Assembly (NCBI GenBank): GCA_963779615.1
Contig: CAVZZA010000003.1
Span: 160,001-224,000 of the forward strand
Source of the DNA: an uncultured Nitrososphaeraceae archaeon
GTDB taxonomy: Archaea > Thermoproteota > Nitrososphaeria > Nitrososphaerales > Nitrososphaeraceae
Length of the DNA stretch: 64,000 nucleotides
Direction: 5' to 3'
A program made the position numbers and the translations under genes. Position 1 is the stretch's first letter; every line of letters begins with the position of its first letter. This document shows positions 59,012 through 64,000 of this stretch, piece after piece. Under the pieces are notes generated by a model that searched no databases, was not told the origin of the DNA, and saw nothing but the letters and a program-made list of their open reading frames with translations.

Positions 59012-59093
59012 CTCCTTTTCTTCATTCCTCAGATTCTAAATTTGGATAAAACGCATACAAAAAATTATAATTGATGAATAATGGTATCAACGT

Positions 59094-60737
59094 ATGGTGG
59101 GCCAAATTGTTATATTTTCATTCTTTTGCTTATTGCTTCTGCATTTACAGTTTTATTTTAATACACACAAAGACAGTTACTCTGCGCCTTTGCTTAAAAG
59201 TGAAGAAAAAAAAATGCACGGTAAATTTGTTTTTGGCCAAGATGCCGAAAAAAACTTTGTTTCAGGGTACAATACCGGGAGTTACCCTATTGGTATCACT
59301 ATCAACCCATTTACTAATAAAATTTATGTGGCCAATCAATTTTCTAATACAATATCAGTATTTGATGCAAAAACAGATAAACTGAAGCAAACTATCGAAA
59401 CAGGCATTTTTCCTTATAGTATTGATACAAATCTCTTCAATAATCGAATTTATGTGACAAATAGAGGTTCAGACAATGTATCTGTTATAGATGGATCAAC
59501 AGATACAATAATCGACAAGATTAACGTTGGCAAATCCCCAGTTCAAGTTGCTGTCGACCCATCAAATAATTGGATCTATGTAGCCAATATCGATTCGAAT
59601 TCTATTTCAGTAATAGATGGAATTACCAATAAAGTAATTAAAACCATAAACGGCATAAATACGCCTTACGGGATAGGGGTAAATCCGGTTTCTAAAAAAG
59701 TATATGTCACTTCATTGTCTAATTCATCAGTCACTGTAATAGACAATACTAATTACAAAACCATAAAAAATATAAAAGTGGAAAGGGCACCTGTAGGGGT
59801 AGACGTAGATATAGACAAAAACATCATATTCGTTTCAAATTATTTATCAAATTCACTGTCCATAATAAACGGAACAAACGACTCCATAATCAAAACCATC
59901 CCAGTTGGGGATTTACCTGTAGGCGTAAAAATAAACCCGGTTTCTAAAAAAGTATATGTCAGCAACATAGGATCAAATACTGTAAGTGTCATAAATGAAA
60001 CAAACTATGAAAAAAACAAAGACGTAACTGTCAACCCCTCATTGATAATAGAAAGAAAAGAATATCCATTCCAAATTCCGGAATCTGTTAAATTTCCCCT
60101 AATTGCAAGTTTTATTGGGATAAACACTCTAACTAATTTAATTTACGTGACAAATACTGCTTCAAACACCATTTCTTCCATAGAAGGAAAAGACGATGAA
60201 AATACAGTTAGAGTAAACATGGATATTCAACCCAGCAATGCAGGTTTTATAGAATGCAACGGTATTAGAAACACCAATCAAAATACGATAACAATTCCAA
60301 TAAACAAGACTACCCACTGCAATGCCATTCCGGAAAGAGGCTACACGTTTAATTCCTGGTCCGGATTATCTTTCAGTGAAGAGAATCCAATAAAACTCAA
60401 TTTTAATGAGTATGGAAACATGATAACTAATTTCCGCCCTACTTTATCCTATGAGCAATATATTTTTATAATAGGAGGTATAATTGGAATTTTTTCTTTC
60501 TTGTTTAGTTGGATTTACAAAGGAAGACAAAGAAGAAAATTTAATAAATTTATCCAGATTATTAATCAAACTATTGAAAATGCAAACTTTGGCGATAAGG
60601 ATGAAACGACCAACAAATTAGAAAGTTTAAGAAACAACATCTTTAATTCCTATAGGAAAGGATCAATAACGGATTTTGAATTTGATTTTTTAGATAAAAA
60701 ACTTGTAAATTATATTGAAAAAATAAAAAAAATATAG
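59094..60737 (+). CDS. YVTN/YncE beta-propeller surface protein with C-terminal TM anchor
   Basis: Repeated P.GI..NP.TNKIYVAN..SNTISVID units, GYTFNSWSG (InlB B-repeat-like), a TM segment and a basic cytoplasmic tail. Confidence 0.9.
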   Translation: MVGQIVIFSFFCLLLLHLQFYFNTHKDSYSAPLLKSEEKKMHGKFVFGQDAEKNFVSGYNTGSYPIGITINPFTNKIYVANQFSNTISVFDAKTDKLKQTIETGIFPYSIDTNLFNNRIYVTNRGSDNVSVIDGSTDTIIDKINVGKSPVQVAVDPSNNWIYVANIDSNSISVIDGITNKVIKTINGINTPYGIGVNPVSKKVYVTSLSNSSVTVIDNTNYKTIKNIKVERAPVGVDVDIDKNIIFVSNYLSNSLSIINGTNDSIIKTIPVGDLPVGVKINPVSKKVYVSNIGSNTVSVINETNYEKNKDVTVNPSLIIERKEYPFQIPESVKFPLIASFIGINTLTNLIYVTNTASNTISSIEGKDDENTVRVNMDIQPSNAGFIECNGIRNTNQNTITIPINKTTHCNAIPERGYTFNSWSGLSFSEENPIKLNFNEYGNMITNFRPTLSYEQYIFIIGGIIGIFSFLFSWIYKGRQRRKFNKFIQIINQTIENANFGDKDETTNKLESLRNNIFNSYRKGSITDFEFDFLDKKLVNYIEKIKKI

Positions 60738-60950
60738 AGTTCACAGAACAACCCGAAAACAAATTCTTCCTTATAATCCGTGTCAGAGAAAAACGTGTGC
60801 TATGACACAGATAAGGTGTGGGCAGGACTTTCAAAATAAAATTTGATGCTTCTTGATTATTGGGGAGGTCGCGGACATAAAAAAAAGTCTACCAGGTCAA
60901 TCCATTATGAAAGTCTTTAGCATTTGAATTATCAATAGTACCACACAAAA

Positions 60951-61290
60951 TTGATTGACAATAAGTCAACAAAAAAGAAAATATACCAAAAATTTTGTTG
61001 CTGTAGATGGCTCGCACCTTCAATGGACGCTGCAGGGGATACAATTCAAATCGCCAGGAAAAACAAATCACTGTTAACTGTTTTATACGTTACTGACTTG
61101 CAAAACATTCTTAATTGGCATCTACTATTTTGGCCTCAAACATTCGGGATGGAGAAGTATATATCGAGGAAGAAAAAAGAAGCAGAATAGTTGATAACAA
61201 AACTACAAAAGAAAAAAATAAGCAAAACAACGAAGATACGGATACTTAAAATCCCAAAACAGGGATTGTTGAAGGTACAGTCTTTTTTGC
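60951..61290 (+). pseudogene. Universal stress protein (UspA) relic
   Basis: VAVDGS / PSMDAAGDTIQIARKNKSLLTVLYV across frameshifts; premature stop. Confidence 0.65.
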
Positions 61291-61369
61291 ATTAACTTCT
61301 TACTAGTGGCATATATCCCCAAGTAATATATTACATATAAATAGTAGCCTGCCTATCCATAGGCTACAT

Positions 61370-61660
61370 TTGTCACAATACATCTTACTCGTAAATTGGA
61401 CCGAACAAGGGATTAGCAAGATCAAAGAATCTACAGACCGTTACAGTTCCTTTAAAGCATCGGTCGAAAACGCAGGTGGAAAACTGATTGGAGGATACTA
61501 CACTTTCGGAGAATATGACGTGGTGTTGATTATAGAAGCTCCAAATGATGAAGCAGTAATGTCTCTGATGCTCAAAGTTGGGTCTTATGGAAATGTGAGA
61601 ACCAAAACCTTGAAGGCATTTACACCTGAGGAGGGAGCGAAAATCATAAAGGATCTGTAA
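61370..61660 (+). CDS. GYD domain protein
   Basis: YILLVNWTEQG, YYTFGEYDVVLIIEAP, GNVRTKTLKAF. Confidence 0.88.
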   Translation: MSQYILLVNWTEQGISKIKESTDRYSSFKASVENAGGKLIGGYYTFGEYDVVLIIEAPNDEAVMSLMLKVGSYGNVRTKTLKAFTPEEGAKIIKDL

Positions 61661-62393
61661 CCTTTTTAGCAACAAACAGATGAAAGAGCATCATAATTAT
61701 GATTTATTTTGAATGATTGGATTCGTATTTAAAGACCACTTTAATAAATATACACATTTCCGTTCTTTTAATATTCCATATTTTTGCCATATTTTAAAAC
61801 CTCGTCAATTAGACGATGCTCTTTTTTTCTGCCGAAAATCAAAGCCATAAAGAGTGACCAGTTGAGAAAGGTTCATTTTTGGTGTTGGCTTTCAAAGATC
61901 CGAGGAAAATAAATACATTTTATTAATTAAGAACGTGTGTATTAAACCCAAAAACAAGTAATGATAATATCCAGTTGTTACCATATTATCATTTATTGCA
62001 TTAGTAAAACATTATTCTGAAAATAAACAGATAAAAGAAAATGTGGTGTGGTTTTACCCTAAAAGATATTTCAATACGGTCAGACCGGTTTTTTCTTGGC
62101 GATTCATTTTTGCCCAACCAGATTTGTATCCACCTATCCATAGTTTTGAATGAGATTCATCATTAACCCTGTATGGACCTTATCCTGACAGTCTTTTTCT
62201 CCCAGTGTCATTTCATCGCAATAATCTGCGCCGTGCTATTAGCAGCAGTTCCACAAATTCCTACTTATTCTCCATGCAAGAGAAGAGATTACAAAATCAC
62301 GTTATTTACAATTTAGATCCAATTCTTCTCATCATCTAACAACATCACAAGGCATTACTTGAGAAGTTAAAGAATCCCCAATTCTACATTATG

Positions 62394-63659
62394 CTAATCC
62401 TTTGACGCTGCAATATCCTTTAAAACATGATCTGTTTTCTCTTCACCCTCTTTTATTAAATATTTGATCGTTTCAGGTGCAAAGTCTGCATTCTCATACA
62501 TAGCAGGAAAGGGCTCATCACGGCTTATGTAATAAATTCCTTTAATCTCAGCTCCATGCTCTTGTTTATATTTTCTATATTTACGACGGATTCCCCTAAG
62601 CTTCTTTTCATCAATATCTATCTTGTCAATGTTATTTTCTATTATTTTATACAGTTCTTCAATGTAACTCAGGTACCTAGTTATTACTTTTGACATTGTT
62701 ACATTGTACTCGGTCTTGTCAGAAAACATGATATCTCTTGCTCTGTGATGAACTTCAGGCAAATTCTCTGGGAGACTATCAATGTTTTTTGGATAGTTTT
62801 CTACCAGGAATATTTTTTTGTCGTTTATAGGCGATGCATCTATGACTTCTCTCAATGGAGTATTGCTTAATAATCCCCCATCCCAAGCAAATACTCCTTT
62901 TTCTACCTCTATCCAACGAAAATTGTACATTGGGTAAGCAGAAGTTGCGAGTATGTGTTTTGGAGTTATCTGTTGCTTGAAACTATCAAATACCAAAGGC
63001 TGTGCATTCAGGACATTTACCGCAGTTAAAATCAAACGTGTGTCAGGGTTTGCACCAGGCTTTAACCTATCATAGTCAATATATTTTTCGAGGGTTTTTG
63101 CTAAGGGTGAATGGTCATACATATATGTCCATGTTTGGGGTGAAAAGTATTCTGGGTCCATTGTATCAGATTTTTGTGTCCATCTTGGAAGAAACATCCT
63201 ATCGTTACCAAAGATAGCAGAGCTGTAAAAGGATCGTATTTGCTTTAGTTTCACCTCATGCTCCTTTCTATTGGTAAAATATTTTTCTGTCCCAGACAGT
63301 GGGGGAAACCACCATTGAAAGTTAGGTGATATCGAGTGTTCTATTTGTTGTGATAAGGTATGATAAGGTGCAAATTTGTCTAAATCTATATAACTTTCGG
63401 ATAATTCTAGCCAGAATTGCTCTAATAGTTGCGCTGCATGCCCTTTAACTTTGCTCCCTGCCATGATTGCGGCATTTATGCCACCAATGGATGTTCCTGC
63501 AATTATATCAATCTTGATGTTATTTTTTGCGAGTGCCTTGAAGACTCCACATCCAAAGGCTCCTAAGGAGCCACCACCTTGAAGTATTAATACATTTTCC
63601 ACTGCATCATTCTTTTTTGTTAAGGAGGGTGACTTTGAAGGTGAGGGGGAAGAGGGCAT
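62394..63659 (-). CDS. Patatin-like phospholipase with DUF3734-type C-terminus
   Basis: LQGGGSLGAF, GTSIG, WDGGLLSNTPL, and RARDIMFSDKT. Confidence 0.92.
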   Translation of the reverse strand: MPSSPSPSKSPSLTKKNDAVENVLILQGGGSLGAFGCGVFKALAKNNIKIDIIAGTSIGGINAAIMAGSKVKGHAAQLLEQFWLELSESYIDLDKFAPYHTLSQQIEHSISPNFQWWFPPLSGTEKYFTNRKEHEVKLKQIRSFYSSAIFGNDRMFLPRWTQKSDTMDPEYFSPQTWTYMYDHSPLAKTLEKYIDYDRLKPGANPDTRLILTAVNVLNAQPLVFDSFKQQITPKHILATSAYPMYNFRWIEVEKGVFAWDGGLLSNTPLREVIDASPINDKKIFLVENYPKNIDSLPENLPEVHHRARDIMFSDKTEYNVTMSKVITRYLSYIEELYKIIENNIDKIDIDEKKLRGIRRKYRKYKQEHGAEIKGIYYISRDEPFPAMYENADFAPETIKYLIKEGEEKTDHVLKDIAASKD

Positions 63660-64000
63660 TGTATTCCTACTCTGTCTTATTAATATTAAAGTTGTTCATG
63701 GTCAGGGGCCGAGGTTCAACAAAGGCATTATAAAAGATACAAATGAGCAAAAAAACATGCCCAAATTATTAAAAAAGCATAGTTTGGGAGAAATTTAATA
63801 TTGATGATCTCAAACAAGCATTAAAAGAATCCGCCAGGAGGCAAATACTCTTTTTGTAACCAAATTTGTTGTTCCAATATCAGCATAAATCCGCAACTGT
63901 TCTTATCAATTGTAGATAAAACACACCTCAAGTGTTAAAGATAGCAGATCCCCCACCATAACGGTCTTTTATATTAAACATCTGATCATTTCCAAAATTT

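Overview
This is an AT-rich archaeal window. Gene content and style point to a soil ammonia-oxidising archaeon of the Nitrososphaeraceae, Nitrosocosmicus-like; this is inferred from an acetyl/propionyl-CoA carboxylase triad, an F420-type PPOX enzyme, a PQQ dehydrogenase-cupredoxin fusion, an arCOG07300-like relic and TATA-driven leaderless genes. The region is accessory and decaying. It holds about 35 intact genes (redox enzymes, secreted proteins, a SAMHD1-like HD hydrolase, Vsr, EndoV, a class III cyclase, TMEM175, a patatin) and at least 15 pseudogene relics. Mobile DNA comprises one complete IS5/IS903-group element with TIRs and an 8-bp TSD, a 141-bp MITE with related TIRs, and two IS relics. 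Two GC-rich foreign tracts are visible: about 18.45-19.15 kb (a VOC gene abutting a decapitated response regulator) and about 33.3-40.5 kb (an island with a catalase-related peroxidase relic and 11-bp tandem repeats). The best unexplained signal is a ~125-nt intergenic element in 3-4 diverged, same-strand copies with a potential G-U-containing closing stem, a candidate ncRNA or repeat family. No rRNA, tRNA or CRISPR array was seen. All family calls come from motif recognition by eye; no database search was run.
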